Of a stretch of 32,064 nucleotides of DNA, positions 8,414 through 18,363 are shown piece by piece. The notes below the pieces were generated by a model. The model made no database searches, was not told the DNA's origin, and was given only the letters and a program-made list of their open reading frames with translations. The stretch lies in the NCBI GenBank assembly GCA_031281895.1, contig JAITET010000049.1, forward strand, positions 1 through 32,064, in the 5' to 3' direction. This stretch comes from Puniceicoccales bacterium. GTDB lineage: Bacteria; Verrucomicrobiota; Verrucomicrobiia; Opitutales; JAIRKQ01. Every line of letters starts with the position of its first letter. The stretch's first letter is position 1. A program made the position numbers and the translations under genes.

Positions 8414-9106
8414 ATGAAAAAATCAAGCAAACGATATACTAAAGCACTAGAGGTTGCCGATTTGGAAAATGGATATTCCGTAGCGGAAGCCATTGAACTG
8501 CTGAAGAAAATGCCGAAAGCAAAATTTGACGAAACCGTCGTGCTGTCTGTCCATTTGGGCGTAGATCCCAAGCAAAGCGATCAGATGGTTCGTGGGACTG
8601 TTTCATTGCCACATGGTAGTGGTCGGAGGGTGAAAGTGTTAGCATTTACCGATGATCCGGTGAGTGCGTTGGCTGCAGGAGCTGACGAAGCAGGATTGCA
8701 CGATGTTTTACAGAAAATCAACGATGGTTGGTTGGATTTCGACGTAGCCGTCGCAACAACATCGGCTATGAAAGAGGTCCGTTCCGCTGCTAGGATCTTG
8801 GGACCACGGGGTTTAATGCCCAATCCTAAGACCGGCACCGTTTCAGACGATTTGTCTTCTGCGATTCAGGCAGTGAAGTCCGGGCGAGTGGAATTTAAGA
8901 TGGATAAAACTGCTAATTTGGCAATTGTGATAGGTAAGCGATCGTTTGATGGGCCAAAATTAGTAGAAAATTGTGAAAGGGCCATAGATGTTTTATCAAA
9001 GATGCGTCCGGTGGAATTCCGTGGTAAATTTGTAGAATCGATGACAATTGCAGGATCCATGACGCCGGGTGTCAGGTTGTTACAGAAAATATTTGGAAAG
9101 TTTTAG
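8414..9106 (+). CDS. rplA: 50S ribosomal protein L1
   Basis: The track ORF starts at 8363 inside rplK. I prefer ATG 8414 (MKKSSKRYTKALE), just after the rplK stop at 8404..8406. The L1-like string GTVSLPHGSGRRVKV is present. Confidence 0.93.
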   Translation: MKKSSKRYTKALEVADLENGYSVAEAIELLKKMPKAKFDETVVLSVHLGVDPKQSDQMVRGTVSLPHGSGRRVKVLAFTDDPVSALAAGADEAGLHDVLQKINDGWLDFDVAVATTSAMKEVRSAARILGPRGLMPNPKTGTVSDDLSSAIQAVKSGRVEFKMDKTANLAIVIGKRSFDGPKLVENCERAIDVLSKMRPVEFRGKFVESMTIAGSMTPGVRLLQKIFGKF

Positions 9107-9114
9107 GGGAAGAA

Positions 9115-9627
9115 ATGAGAAACGAAAAGAAGCTTTTGGTTGGTGAGATAGGGAAACATCTCGATAAGTCGAACTATGTATTTTTTACAGACTTTCGCGG
9201 TGTAACGGTTTCCGATGTTTCTAATTTGCGCAAAAAATTGCGGCCGGAGCAGGGTGAATTTCATGTTGTAAAAAAATCTCTGCTGAAAAAGGCAACCGAA
9301 GAGAGGTTACTGCCGATGCCGGAAGGCGGTTTTGAGGGACAGATAGCCCTCGTTGTTGGCGGGGAAAATCCTGCTGGAATAGCGAAACTATTGAAGGAGT
9401 TTCATAAAAATAGCAAGGAGGAAAAACTGGCAATGCGGGGTGGTTTGCTTGGCGGCAAGCTGCTTAGCTTACAAGATATAAGTACATTAGCGGAACTTCC
9501 TGGCATGGAGATTTTGCGTGCACAATTTTTGGCATTGTTAAATACTCCAGCGACAAAGTTGCTACGAACGATAAATGCTGTCCCAGAAGGAGTATTAAAT
9601 GTATTGCAGGCCAAAGCGAGATTATAG
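9115..9627 (+). CDS. rplJ: 50S ribosomal protein L10
   Basis: This 170-aa ORF lies between rplA and rplL and has L10-like sequence (FFTDFRGVTVSDVSNLRKKLR). Confidence 0.93.
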   Translation: MRNEKKLLVGEIGKHLDKSNYVFFTDFRGVTVSDVSNLRKKLRPEQGEFHVVKKSLLKKATEERLLPMPEGGFEGQIALVVGGENPAGIAKLLKEFHKNSKEEKLAMRGGLLGGKLLSLQDISTLAELPGMEILRAQFLALLNTPATKLLRTINAVPEGVLNVLQAKARL

Positions 9628-9716
9628 AATTTTTCAAAAAATGAAATTTTGCTAGGAAAAGTGTTTCTTAAATGGTGTTTGGTGATGCCGCTAGCGAGGT
9701 TTCGAAAGGAAACAAA

Positions 9717-10106
9717 ATGGCAAGTATAACAAAAGAACAGGTAATAGATTGGTTGAGCGCACAGTCGGTATTGGAGATCGCTTCCTTGGTTAAAGATTTG
9801 GAGGCTAAGTGGGGTGTCAGTGCAGCGGCACCGGTAGCAGCAGTTGCAACCTCTGCAGCAGCGGCTGCAACGGATTCGCCTGCTGCGGAAGAGAAGACCG
9901 AGTTCGAAGTCGTGCTAAAATTGGCAGGCGATAAAAAGATTGAAGTCATCAAAGCTGTACGCGAAGTCGCAGGACTTGGACTAAAGGAGGCTAAAGATCT
10001 TGTCGAAGGAGCTCCGAAGACTGTAAAAGAAGCAGTTTCTAAGGCCGATGCAGAGGAAATAAAGAAAAAATTAGAAGCTGCCGGAGCAACCGTTGAGCTG
10101 AAGTAG
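9717..10106 (+). CDS. rplL: 50S ribosomal protein L7/L12
   Basis: The start is set at ATG 9717 ([13 protein letters not shown]), which has aaagga upstream. It has an Ala-rich hinge and a C-terminal domain reading [31 protein letters not shown]. Confidence 0.95.
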   Translation: MASITKEQVIDWLSAQSVLEIASLVKDLEAKWGVSAAAPVAAVATSAAAAATDSPAAEEKTEFEVVLKLAGDKKIEVIKAVREVAGLGLKEAKDLVEGAPKTVKEAVSKADAEEIKKKLEAAGATVELK

Positions 10107-10113
10107 CATTTTT

Positions 10114-10146
10114 CATGTGATTATTTTTAATCATATGATCTTTTTT
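10114..10146 (+). terminator. Hairpin plus T-run between rplL and rpoB; possible partial terminator or attenuator
   Basis: CATGTGATTA-TTTT-TAATCATATG forms a 10-bp stem with one G-U pair, followed by atcTTTTTT. The stem is AT-rich. Confidence 0.35.
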
Positions 10147-10248
10147 GGGAAAAGCTGTGGTTTTTTTTATTGTATTTGACATAAATACGACAAAAAGGGC
10201 TATGGTTGAATAGTTTGCATAAAAATTTTAAGGAAGAAATTACATCCT

Positions 10249-13200
10249 ATGATGGACAAAAATCACGTTAGTTTCGGAAGTTTAAAAGAAATAATAACTC
10301 CGCCTTATCTCATTGAAGCACAGATAAATTCATTTAAAGAATTTTTACAGGCTGATGTGGAAGCGAAGGATCGACAGGATGTTGGATTGGAGGCGGTTTT
10401 TAGGCGAACGTTTCCCATCGAAAGCTATGACGGAACGGCCTCGTTGAATTATGTGTCCTATAGGGTTGCGCCGGCCAAATATTCGGAAGATTTCTGCATA
10501 AAGGAAAGTCGAACCTATGCTGCCCCATTGTTTATGCGCCTGAGGCTTTCCAGCGGTGATGACTCAAGGGAAGAAGAGGTTTACCTGGGCGAAATTCCGA
10601 TTATGAGCGAGCGTGGTTCGTTTGTAATTAGTGGAACAGAACGTGTTGTTGTCAGTCAGTTGCACCGGTCTCCGGGCATTTGCTTCGAAGTCTCCACCCA
10701 TATGACAGGGAAATTATTGCATGCATTTCGCATAATGCCTGATCGAGGGACTTGGATAGAGGTACAAAATGATCAGAATGACCTTTTGTATGTTTATTTG
10801 GATAGGCGTCGTAGGCGCCGCCGGTTCCTTCTGACGACTTTGTTGCGTGCGTTTGGTTATGGTTCGGACCGGGAAATATTGTCGGTTTTTTACAAACTGC
10901 AGGAGGTTAGCGTAGATCGACTAATCAAGGAAGAGTCTTTGGTCGATATCGTTTTAACGGATGACGTAATAGATGTGGAACATGGCATCGTTTTGGCACG
11001 GGCCTACGAACCCTTGGGAAAGGGCATGCTAAAAAGTTTTATCGAAGCTGGCATTACCACCATATCGGTTGTAAATGTTTCGGAAGATGGTGGGCTGATA
11101 ATTCGTAGTCTGAAAAAGGATACAACACGAAACGAAGAAGAGGCCCTCTACGAAATTTATAGACATTTTAGACCTGGAGAACCTCTGAATTTACAAAATG
11201 CACAATCGTTTTTTGCCCGTAGTTTCAAGGACAGTAAACGCTATGACCTCAGTAAAATTGGAAGGTATAAAATCAACAGTAAGTTGGGACTGCAAAAAGA
11301 TTTAAACGATACCCTGGTGGGAGTAGATGACATTGTTGCGGCAACAAAGTACTTGTGTTCACTTCGATCTGGCGAAGGGGGTTCCATCGATGACATTGAT
11401 AGTTTGGGTAGCAGAAGGATTCGGGGAGTTGGTGAACTCTTGATAAACCAATGCCGTATTGGGTTAGCTCGTATGGAAAGGGTAATACGAGAAAAAATGT
11501 CGCTGCTAAACCAAAGCGTTGATATACTTTCAGCACAAAAATTGGTTAATGGAAAAATGCTAATGTCCGTCATTAGGGACTTTTTTGCTCGGAGTCAGTT
11601 ATCTCAGTTTATGGATCAGATAAATCCACTATCCGAGCTCACCCATAAAAGAAGGCTGTCCGCCATCGGTCCGAGTGGTTTGAATCGGGATCGTGCTGGC
11701 ATGGAAGTTAGAGATGTACACGCGTCACACTATGGCAGAATTTGTCCAATTGAAACACCGGAAGGTCCAAACATTGGTTTAATCAACTCGTTAAGCACCT
11801 ATGCACGCATAAATGATTTCGGTTTCATTGAAACTCCATACCGTGTGGTAGAAAATGGCCATGTTACTTCTGATGTTGTCTATCTGTCTGCGGATAATGA
11901 GGAAAACAAATTGATCGCCCAAGCAAATTCTGACATCGACGAGAATGGCAATTTGATTGGGAAAATTACCGTGAGAAAATCTAGTGAGATTCTAGAGGTT
12001 GATCCCAATGAGGTCGATCTAATGGATGTTTCTCCAAAACAGGTAATTTCCATTGCTGCCGGATTGATTCCATTCCTTGAACATGATGATACCAGTCGTG
12101 CTCTCATGGGGGCTAACATGCAACGCCAGGGAGTACCATTGTTGACAACGGAAGCACCCTTTGTTGGAACTGGGATTGAGAAAAAATTGGCCTGTGATTC
12201 TGGGCATGTGATTCTGGCAAAATCCGACGGTATTGTTGCCTCCATCGATGGGACAAAAATTATTGTAACCAAAGATGGGAAATTACCGAATAATTTTAAT
12301 GAATCCAATGGCTCCCATGATAAAAATATTCAAATTTATCATTTGCGTAAATATTGGAGATCAAACGCGTCCACATGTTTTAATCAAAAGCCTGTGGTAA
12401 GTAAATATCAAAAGGTACAAACGGGTGATATTTTAGCGGATGGTGCGGCAACCGATAACGGTGAATTGGCTCTGGGAAAGAATGTTCTCGTGGCATTTAT
12501 GCCATGGAATGGGTATAATTTTGAAGATGCAGTAATTTTAAACGAGCGCATGATTCGGGATGATATTTTCACATCGATTCACATAGAAGAATATGAAGTG
12601 TCTGCCCGCGATACGAAACTTGGTCCTGAGGAAATAACACGGGATATCCCAAACATTGGGGATGAAGCATTGAAAAACCTGAGCAGAAATGGCATCATCA
12701 AGATTGGGGCTGAAGTAAAGCCAGGAGATATCTTGGTTGGGAAAATTACACCAAAAACGGAAACGGATTTGGCACCGGAAGAAAAACTTCTGCGGGCTAT
12801 TTTTGGTGAAAAAGCAGCCGACGTTAAGGATTCGTCACTGTTAGCACCTGCAGGATGCTATGGAACCGTTATGGATGTAAAAATTTCCAGCAGGATAGAC
12901 AATGAGCGGGAAGATATTTCCGAAATAGAGTGCAAACGAAGAATTAAAAAAACTAACGAAGAATTTCGTACCCAAGCGGATATGATTCGGGATGACCTGA
13001 CGGAAGCATTTTCTAGCATTTTATTGGGAGAAAAAATTCCATTGGATATTACGGATAGCGATAGTGGAGAAGTGATTTTACCAGCTAACAGAAAAATCAC
13101 AAAAACATTGTTGCGCAGACTGGCAGCCTGCGGAAGCAATATTAGGATGGCTGTGTCTCCCGTTAGGACTAAGATTACGGAAATCATCGAGGTATACCAG

Positions 13201-14034
13201 GCAAAATTTGATGACTTGGAAAAGGAAAGGTTGCATAAAATTGCGGCCATTGAATCTGGGAACATCGACGACAGTGGTATCATTAAAAATGTTAAAGTGT
13301 TCGTTGCAAACAAACGAAAGATACAGGTCGGTGATAAAATGGCTGGTCGCCACGGCAATAAAGGTGTCGTTTCAAAGATTGTCAAATCGGAAGATATGCC
13401 ATTTTTGGAAGATGGAACTCCCATCGACATAATACTAAATCCTCTCGGTGTTCCGGGCCGTATGAATGTTGGACAGGTTTTAGAAACACATCTTGGACTG
13501 GTGTGTAAAAGGCTCGGCATAACGGTTTCAACGCCTGTGTTCGATGGTATTAAGGAAAGTAAAATGCAAGAATTATATAGGCAGGCAGGTTTACCGGAAG
13601 GAGGAAAGGTTGATCTATTCGATGGCTGTACGGGTAGAAAATTTGATCAGAAAGTAATGGTCGGCTATATTTATATGATGAAACTAAACCATCTTGTCGC
13701 CGACAAAGTCCATGCCCGTGCCGTTGGTCCATATAGCCTGATAACACAACAACCCCTAGGAGGTCGTGCACAATACGGAGGTCAGCGGTTTGGAGAGATG
13801 GAAGTCTGGGCACTTGAGGCCTATGGTGCGGCCTATTCGTTACAGGAATTATTGACCGTTAAGTCCGATGACTTACAGGGAAGAACAAAGATCTACGAAT
13901 CGATAGTAAAAGGGGATACGTCTTTGGATGCGGGAGTTCCGCAATCATTTAATGTTCTCGTAAAAGAGATGCAAGGGTTATGCCTAGACATCAAGTTGGA
14001 GGACGATAGGCTATTGGATATGGAAAATTTTTAA
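10249..14034 (+). CDS. rpoB: DNA-directed RNA polymerase subunit beta
   Basis: This 1261-aa ORF has conserved strings such as GRHGNKGVVS and GEMEVWALEAYGAAY. Confidence 0.98.
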   Translation: MMDKNHVSFGSLKEIITPPYLIEAQINSFKEFLQADVEAKDRQDVGLEAVFRRTFPIESYDGTASLNYVSYRVAPAKYSEDFCIKESRTYAAPLFMRLRLSSGDDSREEEVYLGEIPIMSERGSFVISGTERVVVSQLHRSPGICFEVSTHMTGKLLHAFRIMPDRGTWIEVQNDQNDLLYVYLDRRRRRRRFLLTTLLRAFGYGSDREILSVFYKLQEVSVDRLIKEESLVDIVLTDDVIDVEHGIVLARAYEPLGKGMLKSFIEAGITTISVVNVSEDGGLIIRSLKKDTTRNEEEALYEIYRHFRPGEPLNLQNAQSFFARSFKDSKRYDLSKIGRYKINSKLGLQKDLNDTLVGVDDIVAATKYLCSLRSGEGGSIDDIDSLGSRRIRGVGELLINQCRIGLARMERVIREKMSLLNQSVDILSAQKLVNGKMLMSVIRDFFARSQLSQFMDQINPLSELTHKRRLSAIGPSGLNRDRAGMEVRDVHASHYGRICPIETPEGPNIGLINSLSTYARINDFGFIETPYRVVENGHVTSDVVYLSADNEENKLIAQANSDIDENGNLIGKITVRKSSEILEVDPNEVDLMDVSPKQVISIAAGLIPFLEHDDTSRALMGANMQRQGVPLLTTEAPFVGTGIEKKLACDSGHVILAKSDGIVASIDGTKIIVTKDGKLPNNFNESNGSHDKNIQIYHLRKYWRSNASTCFNQKPVVSKYQKVQTGDILADGAATDNGELALGKNVLVAFMPWNGYNFEDAVILNERMIRDDIFTSIHIEEYEVSARDTKLGPEEITRDIPNIGDEALKNLSRNGIIKIGAEVKPGDILVGKITPKTETDLAPEEKLLRAIFGEKAADVKDSSLLAPAGCYGTVMDVKISSRIDNEREDISEIECKRRIKKTNEEFRTQADMIRDDLTEAFSSILLGEKIPLDITDSDSGEVILPANRKITKTLLRRLAACGSNIRMAVSPVRTKITEIIEVYQAKFDDLEKERLHKIAAIESGNIDDSGIIKNVKVFVANKRKIQVGDKMAGRHGNKGVVSKIVKSEDMPFLEDGTPIDIILNPLGVPGRMNVGQVLETHLGLVCKRLGITVSTPVFDGIKESKMQELYRQAGLPEGGKVDLFDGCTGRKFDQKVMVGYIYMMKLNHLVADKVHARAVGPYSLITQQPLGGRAQYGGQRFGEMEVWALEAYGAAYSLQELLTVKSDDLQGRTKIYESIVKGDTSLDAGVPQSFNVLVKEMQGLCLDIKLEDDRLLDMENF

Positions 14035-14052
14035 CTAGGGAATGGTAATACA

Positions 14053-17000
14053 ATGAGTTTTATAGAAAAAACTAATTTCAGGGAAGCAAGGTCGATTCTA
14101 GGGTTCGATGATATCAGCAACTATAATCGCGTCGGCATTTCCATTGCTTCTCCCGATACTATTCGTTCGTGGTCAAGCGGCGAAATAAAAAATCCGGAGA
14201 CAATAAATTATAGAACTTTTAAACCCGAACCAGGAGGATTGTTTTGCCAGAAAATTTTTGGTCCAGTTCGTGACTATGAATGTGCCTGTGGTAAATACAA
14301 ACGAATTAAGCACAAGGGAATGGTTTGTGAACGATGTGGCGTTGAAGTTACGGTCTCCCGTGTTCGTAGAGAAAGAATGGGACACATCGAGCTTGCGGTT
14401 CCAATATCACACATTTGGTTCCTAAAAAGCTTGCCGAGTCGGATCGGGCTGATGCTCGATATAACGGCAAAAAATTTGGAGAAGGTCATATACTATGAAC
14501 GTTACATGATCGTTGACCCAGGGGTTACTCCTTTGCAAAAGTATCAATTGTTGACAGAAAAAGAGTATTCTCAGCTGCAGGAGGAATATGGAGATGATGC
14601 CTTTGTGGCCAAAATAGGAGCAGAAGCTGTGCGAGATGTTTTAGCCCAGATTGATCTGCAAAACCTTATAATGGAGTTGCAAGAACAGTTGAGGGTTACT
14701 CATTCAAAGCAGGCAAAAAAGGTTTTAACTAAGCGATTAAAGTTAGTGAATGGGTTTGAAACAAGTAATATGCGACCGGAGTGGATGATATTGGAAGTTT
14801 TGCCAATTATTCCTCCCGATTTGCGTCCCTTGGTCCCCTTGGATGGAGGACGTTTTGCTACCAGTGACTTGAATGATTTGTATCGCAGGGTTATCAATCG
14901 AAATAATCGCCTGAAAAGTTTGTTGAGCTTAAAAACCCCCGATGTCATAATTCACAATGAAATGCGCATGCTCCAGGAGGCAGTCGATGCATTGTTCGAT
15001 AATGATAAGCATGGGAAAAGTGTCGTGGGGGCAGGCAATAGGCCTTTAAAATCCCTCAGTGAAATGTTGAAAGGGAAACAGGGACGTTTTAGGCAGAATC
15101 TATTAGGTAAGCGTGTCGACTATAGCGGTCGATCGGTAATCGTTGTTGGTCCAGAACTAAAAATCCACCAATGCGGGTTGCCAAAACGCATGGCTTGGAT
15201 ACTATTTGAGCCGTTTATTATAAGACGTTTAAAAGAACTCGGTTTTGTACATACGGTTCGCAGTGCCCGTAAGATGATAGAAAGGCAGGCTCCTGAAGTT
15301 TGGGATATTCTAGAAGAGGTCACCCGCGAGCATCCCGTATTACTAAATCGTGCACCTACACTCCATAGATTATCTATCCAAGCATTTGAACCAATTTTAA
15401 TAGAAGGGGATGCCATACGATTACATCCTTTAGTATGTGCAGCTTTCAATGCTGACTTTGACGGTGACCAAATGGCCGTACACGTGCCGCTGTCTTTGGA
15501 ATCTGTGATGGAAGCGAGAATGTTAATGCTGGCTTCGAAGAACATTTTTTCTCCATCGAGTGGGAAACCAGTACTGGTTCCATCGCAAGACATCGTTCTG
15601 GGTTGTTATTATCTGACGATCGATCCTATGACAAAGAAAGATCCAAATGTGACTTTGCCATTAGTATCTAGTGTCGAAGAGGCATTACGGATAGAAGCGG
15701 AGGATATTTTGAGAAAGCATGACAGGGTACGCTACATAAATCCAGATTATAAGCAGAATACTCGCTACGGCGATTCAGGTGCAAAGATTATAGAAACTAC
15801 GCTTGGGCGGATAATTTTTAACAGCATCTTCCCTAAGGCTTTGGGATTTGTAAACTCTCCGGTGGCTAAAGGAAAACTAGGAGACCTTGTTCTTAATACG
15901 TATAAGGTAGCCGGCCAGGAACTTGCCGTAAAAGCCTTGGATAAGTTAAAGGATCTTGGATTTAAGGAAGCTACAAAGGCGGGATTATCCATTGGAATTG
16001 GCGATATGATAATTCCAGACAACAAACAAAATGTCATTGCCGCTGCCAAGAAGAAAATTGCTGACGTGGAAGCACAAAATAAAAGAGGAATCATCACTTC
16101 CGGAGAACGTTACAATAAAATAGTTGATATTTGGACTACAGCCACCGATGATATTGCCCAGATGGCATTTGAATCGCTGGCCAAAAATGGCGGATCAAAT
16201 GATGTAAATTCGATATTTTTGATGATGGATTCCGGTGCTCGCGGTAATCGTCAACAGGTCCGTCAGCTATGCGGCATGCGTGGTCTCATGGCAAAACCAT
16301 CGGGAGAAATCATCGAACAACCAATCTTGTCGTCATTCCGGGAAGGTTTGTCCGTTCTAGAATATTTTAGTTCCACACACGGTGCCAGAAAAGGTTTGGC
16401 AGACGCTGCTTTGAAAACGGCAGATGCAGGGTATCTAACGCGCAAGTTATGTGACGTTGCCATGGACTGTGTGATAGAAGATCACGACGATGGAAACAGA
16501 AATGGCGTGTGGAAATCGGCAATTTTGGAAGGCGATGATGAAATTGTTAGTCTTGCGGATAGGATTATCGGTCGTTGTGCCAGTGAAGATGTAAGAAATT
16601 TGCTCGATCCGGACGAAATAATAGTTGCAGCTGGTGAGTTAATAACGGCGGATATTGCCAAACGCATCGAGGAATGTGGCATCGAACGCGTCAAGATTAT
16701 GTCGCCACTGACGCATATGACAAAGAGCACAATTCCAGCCAAGGCCTACGGGATCAATCCTGCTACAAATAGTATAGTTGAGCGAGGAAGTGCCGTTGGA
16801 GTAATTGCTGCTCAGTCCATCGGTGAACCGGGAACTCAGTTAACATTAAGGACCTTTCACGTAGGTGGTGTTGCCAGTCAGGTCTTAAAAAGTTCCGAGT
16901 ATCGTGCACGGCATTCCGGTTTTGTCAAATTTAATGGTTTGAGATTGGTTACAACCCTCGAAAACGCAAACATTGTGTTGAACAAAACGGGGTCCATCCA

Positions 17001-18186
17001 AGTTGTAGATTCCGAAGGCCATGAGCTGGAGATCTATTCCATTGTCCCTGGGGCCTTACTCTATGTTTCCGACGGTGCAAAAATTGAAAAGGGTGATTTG
17101 ATCGTCATGTGGGATCCGCATAATATGCCGATTTTATCGGAAAAACCAGGTGTTATAAACTTTAAGGATATGATTCCTGGCGTGACAATTAAGAGGGATG
17201 TCGATGTTTCAACGGGTCGCATAACCATTATCATCATCGAACATAAGGACGATTTAAATCCAATGATCGAAATTTTGGCAGGTATCAATGACCAGGGATT
17301 GCCAATGGATAAAGTAGTCGCCACATATTCTATCCCGACTGGTGCTCAAGTCATTGTGAACAATGGCAATGAGGTTCAAGCTGGAGCATTGTTGGCAAAA
17401 ACTTCCCGTTCTGCCTCCAAAACCCAAGATATTACCGGTGGATTGCCGAGAATCGCAGAATTGTTCGAAGCTAGATGTCCCAAAGATGTCGCAGAAATGG
17501 CAAAATCGGATGGTATCGTATCCTTCGGTGGGACCTTGCGCAATAAACGTCGCGTTTTCATCACCGATAGCGAAACAGGCGAAAGACAGGAACATTTGAT
17601 TGCCCAAGGGAAGCATATCATTGTCCATGAAGGTGATTTCATAAACAAAGGTCAAAGCCTGACCGATGGCTCTCCAGATCCACATGAAATATTGAGTATT
17701 TTGGGCCCATCGAGCCTGCAGGAATATTTGGTTTCTGAAATTCAAAAGGTCTATCGGTTACAGGGTGTTGTTATCAATGATAAACACATAGAAATCATTG
17801 TGGCATGTATGCTGAAAAAAGTACGGGTATTAGAACCGGGAGATTCTGACTTTTTCTGGGGAGAGCAGGTTAGCCGAGACCTGTTCATGGCTGAAAATAA
17901 AAAAATCCTAGAGGCCGGTGGGGAACCTGCTACCTGTGAACCAATTTTGATGGGCATAACAAAGTCGTCCATAGAGACGGATAGTTTCATCGCCGCTGCA
18001 TCATTCCAAGAGACTACCAAAGTTTTGACGGAAGCTGCTACGCTTGGGAAAAGCGATCCTTTGAGAGGGTTTAAGGAAAATGTCATCATGGGCCACCTAG
18101 TCCCTGCCGGCACCGGATTACCGGAATATCGTTATCTCAAAGTAAAACATTTGGTACCACGGGAAGAATCGTTTGGGGAAGGATGA
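14053..18186 (+). CDS. rpoC: DNA-directed RNA polymerase subunit beta prime
   Basis: This 1377-aa ORF has the zinc motif [23 protein letters not shown] and the catalytic NADFDGDQM. Confidence 0.98.
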   Translation: MSFIEKTNFREARSILGFDDISNYNRVGISIASPDTIRSWSSGEIKNPETINYRTFKPEPGGLFCQKIFGPVRDYECACGKYKRIKHKGMVCERCGVEVTVSRVRRERMGHIELAVPISHIWFLKSLPSRIGLMLDITAKNLEKVIYYERYMIVDPGVTPLQKYQLLTEKEYSQLQEEYGDDAFVAKIGAEAVRDVLAQIDLQNLIMELQEQLRVTHSKQAKKVLTKRLKLVNGFETSNMRPEWMILEVLPIIPPDLRPLVPLDGGRFATSDLNDLYRRVINRNNRLKSLLSLKTPDVIIHNEMRMLQEAVDALFDNDKHGKSVVGAGNRPLKSLSEMLKGKQGRFRQNLLGKRVDYSGRSVIVVGPELKIHQCGLPKRMAWILFEPFIIRRLKELGFVHTVRSARKMIERQAPEVWDILEEVTREHPVLLNRAPTLHRLSIQAFEPILIEGDAIRLHPLVCAAFNADFDGDQMAVHVPLSLESVMEARMLMLASKNIFSPSSGKPVLVPSQDIVLGCYYLTIDPMTKKDPNVTLPLVSSVEEALRIEAEDILRKHDRVRYINPDYKQNTRYGDSGAKIIETTLGRIIFNSIFPKALGFVNSPVAKGKLGDLVLNTYKVAGQELAVKALDKLKDLGFKEATKAGLSIGIGDMIIPDNKQNVIAAAKKKIADVEAQNKRGIITSGERYNKIVDIWTTATDDIAQMAFESLAKNGGSNDVNSIFLMMDSGARGNRQQVRQLCGMRGLMAKPSGEIIEQPILSSFREGLSVLEYFSSTHGARKGLADAALKTADAGYLTRKLCDVAMDCVIEDHDDGNRNGVWKSAILEGDDEIVSLADRIIGRCASEDVRNLLDPDEIIVAAGELITADIAKRIEECGIERVKIMSPLTHMTKSTIPAKAYGINPATNSIVERGSAVGVIAAQSIGEPGTQLTLRTFHVGGVASQVLKSSEYRARHSGFVKFNGLRLVTTLENANIVLNKTGSIQVVDSEGHELEIYSIVPGALLYVSDGAKIEKGDLIVMWDPHNMPILSEKPGVINFKDMIPGVTIKRDVDVSTGRITIIIIEHKDDLNPMIEILAGINDQGLPMDKVVATYSIPTGAQVIVNNGNEVQAGALLAKTSRSASKTQDITGGLPRIAELFEARCPKDVAEMAKSDGIVSFGGTLRNKRRVFITDSETGERQEHLIAQGKHIIVHEGDFINKGQSLTDGSPDPHEILSILGPSSLQEYLVSEIQKVYRLQGVVINDKHIEIIVACMLKKVRVLEPGDSDFFWGEQVSRDLFMAENKKILEAGGEPATCEPILMGITKSSIETDSFIAAASFQETTKVLTEAATLGKSDPLRGFKENVIMGHLVPAGTGLPEYRYLKVKHLVPREESFGEG

Positions 18187-18219
18187 CCACATTTAAAGAA
18201 ATCAATGAAAAGATAGATG

Positions 18220-18268
18220 GGAAATTTTTGTACATCTTTCTATCTTTGCATGGACATATTTCCTTTTT
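18220..18268 (+). terminator. Imperfect hairpin plus T-run downstream of rpoC
   Basis: GGAAAT..TGTACA-(16-nt loop)-TGGACA.ATTTCC is followed by TTTTT. The stem is AT-rich and imperfect. Confidence 0.3.
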
Positions 18269-18363
18269 CGATCAATGTGCTTATAGGTTAATTTTTATTG
18301 ATTTTGAAAGGATAAATCACGTTATATTACATCCTAGTCATATTTGGATATTTGTTGGCACGT

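Noticed and set aside
10801-10830. Run of seven Arg codons in rpoB (DRRRRRRRF)
   Set aside because: It corresponds to the normally basic DRRRK segment of the beta subunit. This is a modest expansion with no evidence of functional significance.
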